64,000 nt of DNA from Candidatus Eiseniibacteriota bacterium (GTDB lineage Bacteria > Orphanbacterota > Orphanbacteria > Orphanbacterales > Orphanbacteraceae). A program made the translations under genes and the position numbers. Shown here in pieces: positions 44,935-57,941 of the stretch. The notes under the pieces were generated by a model. The model made no database searches, had not been told where the DNA came from, and saw only the letters and a program-made list of their open reading frames with translations. Location: NCBI GenBank assembly GCA_016930695.1, contig JAFGGD010000030.1, forward strand, positions 56,321 to 120,320, in the 5' to 3' direction. Every line of letters starts with the position of its first letter. The first letter of the stretch is position 1.

Positions 44935-46701
44935 ATGTCCGCACCCTGCGCACGATGGGACACGCTCACCTACGACGGCAGCGCCCCCGGACGCGCCGTT
45001 CCGACGCTTCACGTCTTCTTGAAACCCCTCGACCGCGAGGGCCCCGTTCCGGACACGGCGCAGCGCCTCTTCCAGGACCTGATCTCCCGCTTCTACTCCG
45101 GACCGCCCTTCCTGACGCCCGAGGAGAAGCTCACCGACACGATCCGCTACGCCCGAGAGGAAGCGGCGCACGCCGGATGCGGAGAACACCTGGAGAGGAT
45201 CCGCCTCGCCGCGGCGATCGTGGACCGCGGGGCGGGAAAGGTCCACCTCTACCGGAGCGGCGACATGCGTCTCTACAGGCCCGGCCGGGACGAATCGCCC
45301 GTCAAGGGAGAGGGCCGGGAAAGCCTTTCCGCCGAGGATCTGCGCGGTTTCGCGCTCCTGGACGGCGACGGGGCCGACGCGATCGCCGGAAAGATCGGCG
45401 GCGATCCCGGCGACGGCGGGGGGGAGGATTGCGAACGATTGATCCATGAAGGGAAAACGGCCGGCATTTGGGTCTCTCTCGGCGGAGGAGAACATGTCCG
45501 GCGCCGCGCGCCGGCGCCGGAGCCCGAGCGGCCCGGACCGGTGGAAAGCGCAGCCGGGAAGTCGGAACCGGCGGGCGTCCGCGGACGGCGGAGAACGGGC
45601 CTCTCCCTTCTTCCCCTCGCCCTGGTGCTTCTCATTTTCCTCGTCGCCGTATTCTGGAACCGGCGCGCCGGAGAGAGCCCGCCCGCCCGCGGCGTCGTGC
45701 CGTCGGAGGAGGAGCTGGTCCTCGGCCCCTCTCCTGCGGGAACGCTGATCTGGCAGTTTACCGCGGGCGCGGCGGTCACGTCGTCCCCCTATCTGGAAGG
45801 GGGGATGGTCTTCGTCGGAAGCCGGGACGGCAATCTCTACGCGCTCAGCCGCGCCGACGGGAGGCGTGTTTGGTCGGCGAAAGGGCCGGGGGGCGTCGGA
45901 TCTTCGCCGGCCGTCGCCGACGGGAAGGTCTTCTTCGGTGAATACGGGGGCTGCCTCGTCGCCGTCTCCGCCGAAACGGGCGCCGAGGTCTGGCGAAGGC
46001 CGACGGGGGCCAAGGTCGTCTCGTCCCCCGTCGTCGACGCCGGCCGCGTCTACGTGGGAAGCTTCGATAGGAACCTCTGGACGGTGGACGCGGCGACCGG
46101 CGAAACGCTCTGGAAGTTCCCGACCGGGGGCGCGATTTGGTCCTCGCCGCGCGTCTCCGAGGGGCGGGTCTTTTTCGGCTCGTTGGACGGGATCCTATAC
46201 GCCGTCGACGCCTCCGACGGGACCGAGATCTGGCGCTACGACGCCGGCGCCCGCGTGTACGCCGCGCCGGCGATCGACGGCGGGCGCGTCCACTTCGGCG
46301 CGCAGGACGGGCGCTTCCACTGCCTGCTGGCGTCGACCGGATCGCCGGTCTGGACGGTGGACACCGGCAGCCCGGTCCAGTCGGGAGCCGCGGTCGCCGA
46401 GGACCGGGTCGTCTTCGGCGGCGAGGACGGGACGATCCACGCACTTTACCGCGAAACCGGCGAGACGCTCTGGACCTTTCCCGCCGGCGAACGTGTTCCG
46501 TCCACGCCGGCGATCCGAGAAGGGGTCGTTTACGTCGGTTCCTATGATCGTTTTCTGTACGCCCTCGACCTGGAACTGGGGCATCCGATCTGGCGCGTCG
46601 ATCTGGGGGCGGCGATCTACTCCAGCCCCGCCGTGGACGACGATGCGATCGTCCTGGGCACCATCGGAGGTCGCGTGGCGGCGGTGGCCATCGGCCACTG
46701 A
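44935..46701 (+). CDS. Membrane protein: cytoplasmic PP2C-like domain + TM helix + periplasmic PQQ-type beta-propeller
   Basis: LAAAIVDRGAGKVHLYRSGDMRLYR resembles the PP2C AALIDGNRLYVANVGDSRAYLLR segment. TM helix LSLLPLALVLLIFLVAVFW. Then 7-8 PQQ/BamB-like repeats (GSRDGNLYALSRADGRRVWS, FGEYGGCLVAVSAETGAEVWR, GSFDRNLWTVDAATGETLWKF ...). The start was chosen at the ATG with RBS; the ORF track extends to 44863. Confidence 0.6.
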   Translation: MSAPCARWDTLTYDGSAPGRAVPTLHVFLKPLDREGPVPDTAQRLFQDLISRFYSGPPFLTPEEKLTDTIRYAREEAAHAGCGEHLERIRLAAAIVDRGAGKVHLYRSGDMRLYRPGRDESPVKGEGRESLSAEDLRGFALLDGDGADAIAGKIGGDPGDGGGEDCERLIHEGKTAGIWVSLGGGEHVRRRAPAPEPERPGPVESAAGKSEPAGVRGRRRTGLSLLPLALVLLIFLVAVFWNRRAGESPPARGVVPSEEELVLGPSPAGTLIWQFTAGAAVTSSPYLEGGMVFVGSRDGNLYALSRADGRRVWSAKGPGGVGSSPAVADGKVFFGEYGGCLVAVSAETGAEVWRRPTGAKVVSSPVVDAGRVYVGSFDRNLWTVDAATGETLWKFPTGGAIWSSPRVSEGRVFFGSLDGILYAVDASDGTEIWRYDAGARVYAAPAIDGGRVHFGAQDGRFHCLLASTGSPVWTVDTGSPVQSGAAVAEDRVVFGGEDGTIHALYRETGETLWTFPAGERVPSTPAIREGVVYVGSYDRFLYALDLELGHPIWRVDLGAAIYSSPAVDDDAIVLGTIGGRVAAVAIGH

Positions 46702-46973
46702 GCTCGAGGGGGGCCCCTTGACAACCCGGCGAACCGGTTGTAGTTTGGGGGCGTCCGCGTTCTCCCGGCCCCCGGGGCGGGATGCGAAGGGTTTATCCGT
46801 GCGGGACGCGACCGGCCGATCGGCGCGGATCGTAATGGGGGAACCACCGCGGAAAGGGCTCGCATCGTTCCCTATCGCGTGACCAGGCGAACCCCGAGGA
46901 CGACCTTCGGGGTTCCTGTTTGTTCGGAAGCGCCGGCGCGAAGCCTCGCCGATTCACGGAGAGCGGCCTCGAG

Positions 46974-49955
<2,982 letters not shown>

Positions 49956-50029
49956 GCTTGCCCCGACCGGGCGGAGGTCTTAGCTTCCAAACGGACCGGA
50001 GGACGGGCCTTTCTTAAAGGAGAGCGAAG

Positions 50030-50467
50030 GTGTCGATGGACCATGGGGAAAGGGAGATCCGGGATCTGCTCGCCCTGTTGGACGGGGACGACGATCTTCT
50101 GGACGCCCTTCAGAGGAGCCTGGGACCGGGCGGCGACCCGGATGAAACGCTGGTCCGCCTGGACCGCGAGGAGGACGGGAACGCCCCGCCGCACCCGGCG
50201 GCGATCCGGCCGCTCCTTGCCGAAGAGCGCCTCCCCTTCCGGCCCGGCGCGGAAGGGCTTCTGATCGAGCTGGCGCTGATCGGCGTTCTCTCCTCCGACC
50301 TCCGCGAGAGGCTCCTGGAAAGACTGCAGATCGAGGACGCCGGAACGATCGGCCGGGAGGAGACGGTGGAGTTGCTCGCCGGTCTTCTCCGGGAAGAGTC
50401 CTTGGACCGCGCCGGCGCGAGCCGCTTCACCCTCCGGGAACTCGGCAAGATCATGACCGTTCAGTAA
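50030..50467 (+). CDS. Acidic hypothetical protein
   Basis: GTG start 7 nt after AAGGAG. 145 aa, Asp/Glu/Leu-rich, no recognisable motif. The coding call rests on the RBS and on sitting in the gap between secA and topA. Confidence 0.35.
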   Translation: MSMDHGEREIRDLLALLDGDDDLLDALQRSLGPGGDPDETLVRLDREEDGNAPPHPAAIRPLLAEERLPFRPGAEGLLIELALIGVLSSDLRERLLERLQIEDAGTIGREETVELLAGLLREESLDRAGASRFTLRELGKIMTVQ

Positions 50468-50735
50468 AGAGTCACGTTTTCACCCGGACCGTGCAGAAAG
50501 TACCCCGCGAGGACTCGCGACACGAAGCGAGAGACCGAGTCGAGTGAGCCGCACCCGGAGGCGCGGTCACGCGTCGCCGCCCGAGGAGCGGCGGGTGAGG
50601 GGAAGCTCCGCGGGAGCGATCGAAAAAGAAAATTCGCGCACGATCCAATATCGATTAAAGCCCGGTCGGCGCGCGACCGAACACTCGGGAGACGCTTCAC
50701 CGGTCAGTGGGCAGTTCATCGAAGGCAAGGTACGC

Positions 50736-52982
50736 ATGGCCAAATCACTCGTAATCGTAGAGTCGCCCGCCAAGGCGCGGACAATCAACAAGTTCCTGGG
50801 TCGCGCCTTCACGGTCAAGGCTTCCATGGGCCACGTCAAGGACCTCCCCAAGCGGGAGCTGGGCGTGGATTTGGAGAACAGCTTCGAGCCCCGCTACATC
50901 GTGATCCGCGGCAAGGGGAAGGTGCTCAAGGAGATCAAGAAGGCCGCCGCCGGCGCCGATCGGATCTTCCTCGCCCCCGACTTCGACCGCGAAGGGGAAG
51001 CGATCGCCGCGCACCTCGCCGAGTACCTCAAGAACGGAAACGGCGACACCGAGATCCACAGGATTCTCTTCAACGAGATCACCGAGAAGGCGATCAAGGA
51101 AGCGATCCGCCGCCCTCTGCCGATCGATCTGCAGAAGGTGAACGCCCAGCAGGCGCGGCGGGTGTTGGATCGTCTCGTCGGTTACCTGGTCAGTCCCCTC
51201 CTCTGGAAGGCGGTTTATCGAGGGACCAGCGCGGGCCGCGTCCAAACCGTGGCGCTCCGCATGATCGTGGAGCGGGAGGAGGAGATCGAGGCTTTCGTCC
51301 AGGAAGAATATTGGACGATCGACGCCTCCTTCACCGGCGACGCCGGTGAACCCTTCACCGCCTCCCTGGCGGAGATGGACGGTGAAAAGCCGAAGATCGA
51401 GAAGGGGGAGGAAGCCGAGCGGATCGTCGCCGCGGTGAAGGAGCAGGAATACGTCGCTTCCAAGGTGGAGAAGAAGGTCCGCCGGCGCAAACCGGCGCCC
51501 CCCTTCATCACCTCGACTCTTCAGCAGGAAGCGGCCAAACGTTTCCATTACTCCGCGCGGAAGACGATGCAGATCGCCCAGACCCTCTACGAAGGGGTCG
51601 ACATGCCGGGCGAGGGTCCGGTCGGCTTGATTACCTACATGCGAACCGACTCGACCCGTGTCGCCCAGGAGGCGATCGACGACGTCCGCCGACACATCGG
51701 GGAAGCCTACGGCGCCGGCGAGTTGCCGGACAAGCCGAACGAGTACAAGAAGGGGAAAGGGGCGCAGGACGCCCACGAGGCGATCCGGCCCACCGCCGTC
51801 TCCCGCACGCCGGAATCGCTCAAGGACCATCTCACGCGGGACCAGTACCGGATCTACGACCTGATCTGGAGCCGCTTCACGGCGAGCCAGATGATGCCCG
51901 CCGTCTATGACCAGACCACCCTCTCCCTGACCGGCGGCCCCTTCGTCTTCCGCGCCACCGGCTCGGTGATCCGCAAGAAGGGTTTCCTCCTGGTCTTCCA
52001 GGAGAGCAGCGGGAACGGCGAGGGCGAGGGGAACGGAAACGGCAAGGACCGCCTTCTGCCGCGTGTGGAGGAAGGGGAGAAGCTTGCCCTCGGAGAGGTG
52101 GAACCGGAACAGCACTTTACCCAGCCGCCTCCCCGCTACTCCGACGCGAGCCTGGTGAAGGAGTTGGAAGCGAACGGCATCGGCCGGCCGAGCACCTACG
52201 CCAACATCGCCTCCACCCTGACCGACCGGAAATACATGGAGCGCAAGAGCGGCCGCTTCTACCCGACCGATCTGGGGCGGCACGTCCTCAAGTTCCTCCT
52301 CATCAACTTCGAAAACATTTTTAACGTGAAGTTTACGGCCCGGATGGAATCGGAGCTGGACCGGGTCGAGGCGGGGGAGGACAGCTGGCAGGACGTCGTG
52401 GACTCCTTCTACCAGCGCTTCCGCAAGGACCTGGAGACGGTGGAGGACAAGTCGGCGGAAGTGATGAAGGAACTGAAGTCGGAAACCGGCATCGAGTGCG
52501 AGAAGTGCGGCAAGCCGATGATCGAACGTTGGGGGCGAAACGGCCGTTTCCTCGCCTGCAGCGGCTATCCGGAGTGTCGGAACACGAAACCGATCAACGG
52601 CGAGGAGCCTGAGCCGACAGGTGAGACGTGCGAGAAGTGCGGCGGAGAGATGATCGTCAAGACCGGCCGTTTCGGACGCTTTCTCGCCTGCTCCAATTAT
52701 CCGGAGTGCAAGAGCACGCGATCCATCCCGGTGGGCGTTCCCTGCCCCGAAGAGGGATGCGGCGGGCAGCTGACCGAGAAAAGGACGAAGAACGGCCGCG
52801 TCTTCTACGGTTGCTCCCGCTACCCGGACTGCAAGTTCGCCGTCTGGAACCGGCCGGTGGCGGAGAAGTGCGCCGCCTGCGGTCATCCTCTCCTCCTGGA
52901 GAAGCGGACCAAGGCGCAGGGGGACTTCCTCGAGTGCCCGCAGTGCAAGGCGCGCAAGGAGGCGGCGCCGGAGAAGGCCTGA
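50736..52982 (+). CDS. topA: DNA topoisomerase I
   Basis: TOPRIM N-terminus MAKSLVIVESPAKARTINKFLG...ASMGHVKDLP...LAPDFDREGEAIAAHL, Topo IA core, and three C-terminal C4 zinc ribbons (CEKCGKPM...C..C). Confidence 0.9.
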   Translation: MAKSLVIVESPAKARTINKFLGRAFTVKASMGHVKDLPKRELGVDLENSFEPRYIVIRGKGKVLKEIKKAAAGADRIFLAPDFDREGEAIAAHLAEYLKNGNGDTEIHRILFNEITEKAIKEAIRRPLPIDLQKVNAQQARRVLDRLVGYLVSPLLWKAVYRGTSAGRVQTVALRMIVEREEEIEAFVQEEYWTIDASFTGDAGEPFTASLAEMDGEKPKIEKGEEAERIVAAVKEQEYVASKVEKKVRRRKPAPPFITSTLQQEAAKRFHYSARKTMQIAQTLYEGVDMPGEGPVGLITYMRTDSTRVAQEAIDDVRRHIGEAYGAGELPDKPNEYKKGKGAQDAHEAIRPTAVSRTPESLKDHLTRDQYRIYDLIWSRFTASQMMPAVYDQTTLSLTGGPFVFRATGSVIRKKGFLLVFQESSGNGEGEGNGNGKDRLLPRVEEGEKLALGEVEPEQHFTQPPPRYSDASLVKELEANGIGRPSTYANIASTLTDRKYMERKSGRFYPTDLGRHVLKFLLINFENIFNVKFTARMESELDRVEAGEDSWQDVVDSFYQRFRKDLETVEDKSAEVMKELKSETGIECEKCGKPMIERWGRNGRFLACSGYPECRNTKPINGEEPEPTGETCEKCGGEMIVKTGRFGRFLACSNYPECKSTRSIPVGVPCPEEGCGGQLTEKRTKNGRVFYGCSRYPDCKFAVWNRPVAEKCAACGHPLLLEKRTKAQGDFLECPQCKARKEAAPEKA

Positions 52983-53006
52983 CCGCGGCGAAAGAGTGAA
53001 CGACGG

Positions 53007-53035
53007 GGCGCGGACGCGGATCCGCGCCTTTTTTT
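53007..53035 (+). terminator. Intrinsic terminator after topA
   Basis: GGCGCGGA-cgcgga-TCCGCGCC stem followed by TTTTTTT, 25 nt after the topA stop. Confidence 0.65.
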
Positions 53036-53090
53036 ATCCCCCCCGTAGGGATCGTTGGGGGCGCCGGGCGAATTCCGTTAGAATCGGGAC

Positions 53091-54449
53091 ATGCGGGAAA
53101 ACGGCGTCATCGTCATCGGGGGAGGGCTCGCGGGTTGCGAGGCGTCCTGGCAGCTCGCGAAGCGGGGCGTACCGGTCCGCCTCGTGGAGATGCGCCCGGA
53201 GAAAACCACGGGGGCGCACCGCACCGGCCTGCTCGCCGAGCTCGTCTGCTCCAATTCCCTGAAATCGGACCGGCCTCCCACGGCGCACGCCCTCTTGAAG
53301 GAAGAGTTGAAGAGGCTCGGTTCGCTTCTTCTGGAGACGGCGGAGAGGACGCGCGTCCCCGCCGGCACCGCCCTCGCCGTCGACCGCGACCGCTTCGCGC
53401 GGGAGGTGACGGGGCGGATCGACGGAGAGCCGCTCATCCGGATCGAGCGAACCGAAGCGATCTCCCTCCCCGAAGAGGGCCCGGTGATCGTGGCGACGGG
53501 GCCGCTCACCTCCGAAGCGATGGCGGCCGCGCTTCTCCGCCTCGTCGGGGAGAACCGCCTCTTCTTCCACGACGCGATCGCCCCGGTTCTCTCCGCGGAA
53601 TCCCTCGACAGGGAGCGTCTCTTCGCCGCCTCGCGGTACGGGAAGGGGGGGGAGGACTACTGGAACATCCCGCTCGATCCGGAGGAGTATGAGCGCTTCG
53701 TCGACGCGATCCTCGCCGCCGACCTTCATCCCCTCCACGCCTGCGAGGAGAACCCTTTCTTCGACGCCTGCCTCCCTATCGAGGAGATCGCCCGGCGCGG
53801 ACGGGAGGCGCTTCGCTTCGGTCCCTTCAAGCCGGTCGGGCTGGTCGATCCCGCCACGGGACGGCGCCCCTGGGCGGCGATCCAACTCCGCCGGGAGAAC
53901 AAGGGGGGGACCGCCTGGAACCTGGTCGGCTGCCAGACGCGCATGAAGCAAGGGGAACAGAGACGGATTTTCCGAACCCTCCCCGGTCTCGCCCGCGCGG
54001 AATTCCTCCGTTACGGCTCTCTCCACCGGAACACCTACCTGCGCGCCCCCGTGATTTTAGAGGGGGGGATCCGCCTCCGCGCCGAACCGCGGATTCGCCT
54101 CGCCGGGCAGATCACGGGCGTGGAGGGATATGTGGAGTCGATCGCTTCCGGGCTGGCCGCCGGGATGGACGCGGCACGGGAAGCGCGCGGCGGGCCGCTC
54201 GTCACGTGGCCCCGGGAAACCGCGATCGGTTCTCTTCTTCATTATTTATCCGTCTCCGACGGGAGCGGCTTCCAACCGACCAATGTCCACTTCGGCCTCT
54301 TCCCGCCCCTGGCGTCCGCCCCGCGGGGTAGACGGGGGAAAAAGGAGAGGAACGAGGCGATGACCGAACGGGCGCGCCGCGCATTAGAGAGGGTTCTCTC
54401 CGCCGAAGAAGGAGAGTCCGGAAGTCCCCCTTCGTCCAACAGCTTGTGA
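53091..54449 (+). CDS. trmFO: Methylenetetrahydrofolate--tRNA-(uracil-5-)-methyltransferase TrmFO
   Basis: FAD-binding N-terminus VIVIGGGLAGCEASWQLAKRG...ELVCSNSLKS and overall length (452 aa) fit TrmFO/Gid. Confidence 0.85.
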   Translation: MRENGVIVIGGGLAGCEASWQLAKRGVPVRLVEMRPEKTTGAHRTGLLAELVCSNSLKSDRPPTAHALLKEELKRLGSLLLETAERTRVPAGTALAVDRDRFAREVTGRIDGEPLIRIERTEAISLPEEGPVIVATGPLTSEAMAAALLRLVGENRLFFHDAIAPVLSAESLDRERLFAASRYGKGGEDYWNIPLDPEEYERFVDAILAADLHPLHACEENPFFDACLPIEEIARRGREALRFGPFKPVGLVDPATGRRPWAAIQLRRENKGGTAWNLVGCQTRMKQGEQRRIFRTLPGLARAEFLRYGSLHRNTYLRAPVILEGGIRLRAEPRIRLAGQITGVEGYVESIASGLAAGMDAAREARGGPLVTWPRETAIGSLLHYLSVSDGSGFQPTNVHFGLFPPLASAPRGRRGKKERNEAMTERARRALERVLSAEEGESGSPPSSNSL

Positions 54450-54512
54450 TTTCATAAAATACGCGCTATAATCGGTTGCGCGGCTCTCGCCCGCCGGGGA
54501 CCGCGCATACCT

Positions 54513-56426
54513 TTGCAAGCCCTATCCGAGGACGAATCGTTGCGAATACGTATCCTGCGCGCGGCATGGCTCCCCCTTGCCCTCGCCATCGCCCCGCAAG
54601 GGTGGGCGTCGGCCGCGCCTTCCCCCGGCGATCCTCTCGACGATCCCCTCCCGATTCTCGAACCGACTCTCGACCCTCTCTTCGTCGGACCGGCCGGTCA
54701 CGCCGTCGACACTTCCCAGTCGCCCCCCTGCGGCGGAGACGTCCCCTGCGGTTGCGGCATGCGGCTTACCGAAAGCACGTTGCTCCGAGCGGACCTCACC
54801 GCCTGCTCCGGCATCGGGATTCGGATCGACGCAGACGACGTGATTCTCGACTGCGGCGGCCGGTGCATCGAAGGAGACGGTTGGGGAACCGGCGTATGGA
54901 GTCCGGGCCGCCGGGGAATCGTGATCCGGAACTGCGTGATCCGCGGTTTCCGCGTCGGCGTGCTCGCCTCTCCCGGCCTGGACGTGACCTTGGAGAACTG
55001 CGTCTTCGAGGAGAACGGCATCGCCGGAATCTGGATGCGCGGGGGGGAAGGCTCCACCCTCCGCTCGAATCGCTTCGAGAGATGCGGCGTCGTGGGGCTG
55101 GGCCGCAAACACGGCGGCGCCGTCACTCTCGATCGCTGCCGAGGCGGTGTGGTCGAGGGAAACACCGCCCTCGACTGCGGCAACGGTCAATTGCACGTGG
55201 GCGGCATTCTCCTCTACGACTCCGACCGGAATCGGATCGAGGGGAACCGTCTCGAACGGGTCGCCGAGGACAACATCTGGATCCGCATGGGGAGCGACGA
55301 CAACCAGGTCCTCCGCAACGTGATCCACGATTCGGGAATGGACGGGATCTGGATCCGCGAGAGCGACGGCAACCGTGTGGAGGGGAACGACGTGGAGGGC
55401 GCGGAGCGTTATGGGATCTTCGTGCGGAGCGGCCGGAGAAACCTCGTCCTAAACAACGATGTCCTCCGCGCCGGTCGGGAGCGGTACGCCGGCATCGGCG
55501 TGGGAGGGCTCGAACGAGCCTCGACGGAGAACACCGTCGCCGGAAACCGGATCGGCCTCTCCACCGAAGGGCTCCGCGTCGAGGAGCGCGCTCACGGGAA
55601 CCGCTTCGAGGGGAACGAGGTCCGCGGCTGCGCGACCGGAGTCCGGCTCGGCGAGGGGATCCGGGATCTCCCCAACCGTTTCATTCGTGAACGTATCGAG
55701 GAATCCGGCGGCCCTTCGGTCCTCGTCGCCGGCGAGCGGATGCTCGCCCACTTCATCGACGCCTCGTTCGGCGGCGGCGCGATCCTCTTCGACGGACCCT
55801 GCCGGGAAAGCCGTGTGGAGATCCGCTGGCTTCTCGACGTTCTCGTCGAGGACCAAGATGGGCATCCGGTTCCGGGCGCGGAGGTGACGCTCCGGGACGC
55901 GCGGGGAGATACGGTCTTCCAAGGCGCTTCCGCGGCGGACGGCGCCGCGCCCCGTATCGAGGCGGTCGCCTTCGCCCGGACCAAGGAGGGGACGGTCGAC
56001 TACAACGATCACCTCCTCCGCGTGCGACGGGAAGGATACGCGCCGGAGGAACGATCCTTCCGCCTGGAAGGAAACCGGACGGAACGGTTCGTCCTCACGC
56101 CGGTTCGGACAGGCGTCGGCGGCGCCGGAGAGCGGTCCACGTCCATTGCCTCCGCGCTCCTCACCGCCGCGCCGAATCCGGTTCGGGAGGGAACACGCCT
56201 CCTCTTTTCTCTCGCCGAGCCGGGCCCGGCGACCCTCCGCGTTTATGATCTGCGAGGCCGCGCGGTGACGACCCTCGCGGACGGTTCCTTCGCCGCCGGC
56301 GCGCACGACCTCTCCTGGGATCGCCGCGACGACGCCGGCCGGCCGGTCCCCTCCGGCGTCTACTTCGTCCGTCTCCTCGCCGGGGGGCGCTCCCGAATGG
56401 TCAAACTGATCGTCGCCGCCCCCTGA
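54513..56426 (+). CDS. Secreted right-handed parallel beta-helix protein with CarboxypepD_reg-like domain and T9SS-type C-terminal domain
   Basis: Signal peptide ...LPLALAIAPQGWASAAP. Repeated beta-helix rungs NCVIRGFRVGV, NRIEGNRLERV, NRVEGNDVEGAERYGIFV and NTVAGNRIGLS. Transthyretin-like segment RWLLDVLVEDQDGHPVPGAEVTLRDARGDTVFQG. C-terminus ...SGVYFVRLLAGGRSRMVKLIVAAP is a CTD variant. Confidence 0.6.
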   Translation: MQALSEDESLRIRILRAAWLPLALAIAPQGWASAAPSPGDPLDDPLPILEPTLDPLFVGPAGHAVDTSQSPPCGGDVPCGCGMRLTESTLLRADLTACSGIGIRIDADDVILDCGGRCIEGDGWGTGVWSPGRRGIVIRNCVIRGFRVGVLASPGLDVTLENCVFEENGIAGIWMRGGEGSTLRSNRFERCGVVGLGRKHGGAVTLDRCRGGVVEGNTALDCGNGQLHVGGILLYDSDRNRIEGNRLERVAEDNIWIRMGSDDNQVLRNVIHDSGMDGIWIRESDGNRVEGNDVEGAERYGIFVRSGRRNLVLNNDVLRAGRERYAGIGVGGLERASTENTVAGNRIGLSTEGLRVEERAHGNRFEGNEVRGCATGVRLGEGIRDLPNRFIRERIEESGGPSVLVAGERMLAHFIDASFGGGAILFDGPCRESRVEIRWLLDVLVEDQDGHPVPGAEVTLRDARGDTVFQGASAADGAAPRIEAVAFARTKEGTVDYNDHLLRVRREGYAPEERSFRLEGNRTERFVLTPVRTGVGGAGERSTSIASALLTAAPNPVREGTRLLFSLAEPGPATLRVYDLRGRAVTTLADGSFAAGAHDLSWDRRDDAGRPVPSGVYFVRLLAGGRSRMVKLIVAAP

Positions 56427-56483
56427 TCCGCGGGCGCGCCCTCCGCGCCGTGCCGGTTGCCGGACCGCCCTTCCGCCGTTACC

Positions 56484-57407
56484 ATGGGGGTGTCGGAGGG
56501 AAAGGTCTTGCGGGAATCGATCGACGCCTTTTTACGAACCCTGCGGAACCGGCGCTATTCGCCGCGAACGCTCCGCGCCTACCGGGACGATTTGGAGCGT
56601 TTCCTCGAATTCCTCGTCGAAGGGAGCGGGGAGAAAGACGCGGCCCCCGATCCGTCGTCGATCACCCCCTCGGACATCCGCCTCTATCTGGCGCATCTCT
56701 ACGACGCCGGGGCGGCGCGGTCCACGCGCGCCCGCGCCCTCGCGGCGATCAAGTCCTTCTTCAAGGATTGCCACAGGGAGGAACGGATTGACGCCAATCC
56801 GGCCGCCCTCGTATCCTTTCCCAAGCCGGAGAAACGGTTGCCCAAGTTCCTCTCGAAGGACGAGATCGAACGCCTCGTTCATCTGCCCGAGGGGGCGCTG
56901 GCGGCTCGCGATTTGGCGCTCATCGAACTGATCTACGGGGCGGGAATCCGTCTCTCCGAGGCGCATCACCTCGACGTGGGGGACCTGGACCTGGAGGAGA
57001 GGGAGGCGCACGTTCTGGGCAAGGGGAACCGGGAGAGAATCGTCCCCTTCGGGCGGGAGGCGGCCGCCGCCGTCCGGACCTATCTGACGCTCCGCGCTCA
57101 TGAGGATCCGATCCGTATGCGCGCGGCGCCGGAGGACCCGCTCTTTCTGAACCGGGTGGGCGGGCGCCTCTCGACGCGCGGGATCCAGAGGCGCGTCGGC
57201 CGTTATCTGAGACGGGTCGGCGACGGCCTCTCGGTTCACTCGCTTCGGCACTCCTTCGCCACCCATCTGATGGACGGAGGGGCGGACATCCGCGCCGTGC
57301 AGGAACTCCTGGGCCACCGGCACCTGTCGAGCACCCAGCGGTACACCCACCTGACCCCGGAACGTCTGATCCGGGTTTACCGCCGGGCTCACCCCCGGGG
57401 GGAGTAA
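56484..57407 (+). CDS. xerC: Tyrosine site-specific recombinase XerC/XerD
   Basis: Catalytic residues in context ...AGIRLSEAHHLDVGDL, HSLRHSFATHLMDGGADIRAVQELLGHRHLSSTQRYTHL (R...HxxR...Y). Lies immediately upstream of hslVU, the classical xerC position. The exact start is uncertain (ATG 56484 or TTG ~56502). Confidence 0.7.
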   Translation: MGVSEGKVLRESIDAFLRTLRNRRYSPRTLRAYRDDLERFLEFLVEGSGEKDAAPDPSSITPSDIRLYLAHLYDAGAARSTRARALAAIKSFFKDCHREERIDANPAALVSFPKPEKRLPKFLSKDEIERLVHLPEGALAARDLALIELIYGAGIRLSEAHHLDVGDLDLEEREAHVLGKGNRERIVPFGREAAAAVRTYLTLRAHEDPIRMRAAPEDPLFLNRVGGRLSTRGIQRRVGRYLRRVGDGLSVHSLRHSFATHLMDGGADIRAVQELLGHRHLSSTQRYTHLTPERLIRVYRRAHPRGE

Positions 57408-57413
57408 AGGACC

Positions 57414-57941
57414 ATGCGCAGCACCACCATTCTCGGCGTGCGACGCGGCGAAAAGGTCGCCATGGGAGGCGACGGCCAGGTCACGCTGGACAAGCAGATC
57501 ATGAAGGCGACGGCGCGCAAGGTGCGTCCCATCTACCAGGGCCGGATCCTCGTCGGTTTCGCCGGCGCCGTGGCGGACGCCTTCACCCTCTTCGACAGGC
57601 TGGAGACGCGGCTCGACGCGCACCACGGCAACCTGCACCGCGCCGCGGTGGAACTCGCCCGTGAATGGAGGACCGATCGGGTCCTGCGCCGCCTCGAAGC
57701 GCTCCTCGCCGCGATGGACCGGGAACACACCTTTCTCATCAGCGGCACCGGCGAGGTGATCGAACCGGACGACGGACTGATCGGTATCGGTTCCGGAGGC
57801 GGGTACGCCATCGCGGCCGCGCGGGGCCTCATCACCCACACCGACCTCCCCCCGGCGCGGATCGTGGAGGAATCGCTCCGCATCGCCGCCGGCCTCTGCA
57901 TCTACACCAACGACCACATCGTGGTGGAGGAGCTGGCGTGA
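57414..57941 (+). CDS. hslV: ATP-dependent protease subunit HslV
   Basis: [11 protein letters not shown]... gives N-terminal Thr after Met. [14 protein letters not shown] is the HslV signature. Confidence 0.9.
   Translation: MRSTTILGVRRGEKVAMGGDGQVTLDKQIMKATARKVRPIYQGRILVGFAGAVADAFTLFDRLETRLDAHHGNLHRAAVELAREWRTDRVLRRLEALLAAMDREHTFLISGTGEVIEPDDGLIGIGSGGGYAIAAARGLITHTDLPPARIVEESLRIAAGLCIYTNDHIVVEELA

Noticed and set aside
56484-57407. Tyrosine recombinase as a marker of a prophage or integrative element
   Set aside because: It sits in the canonical housekeeping position directly upstream of hslV-hslU (XerC). There is no adjacent tRNA, no phage genes and no direct repeats, so it was not called a mobile element.
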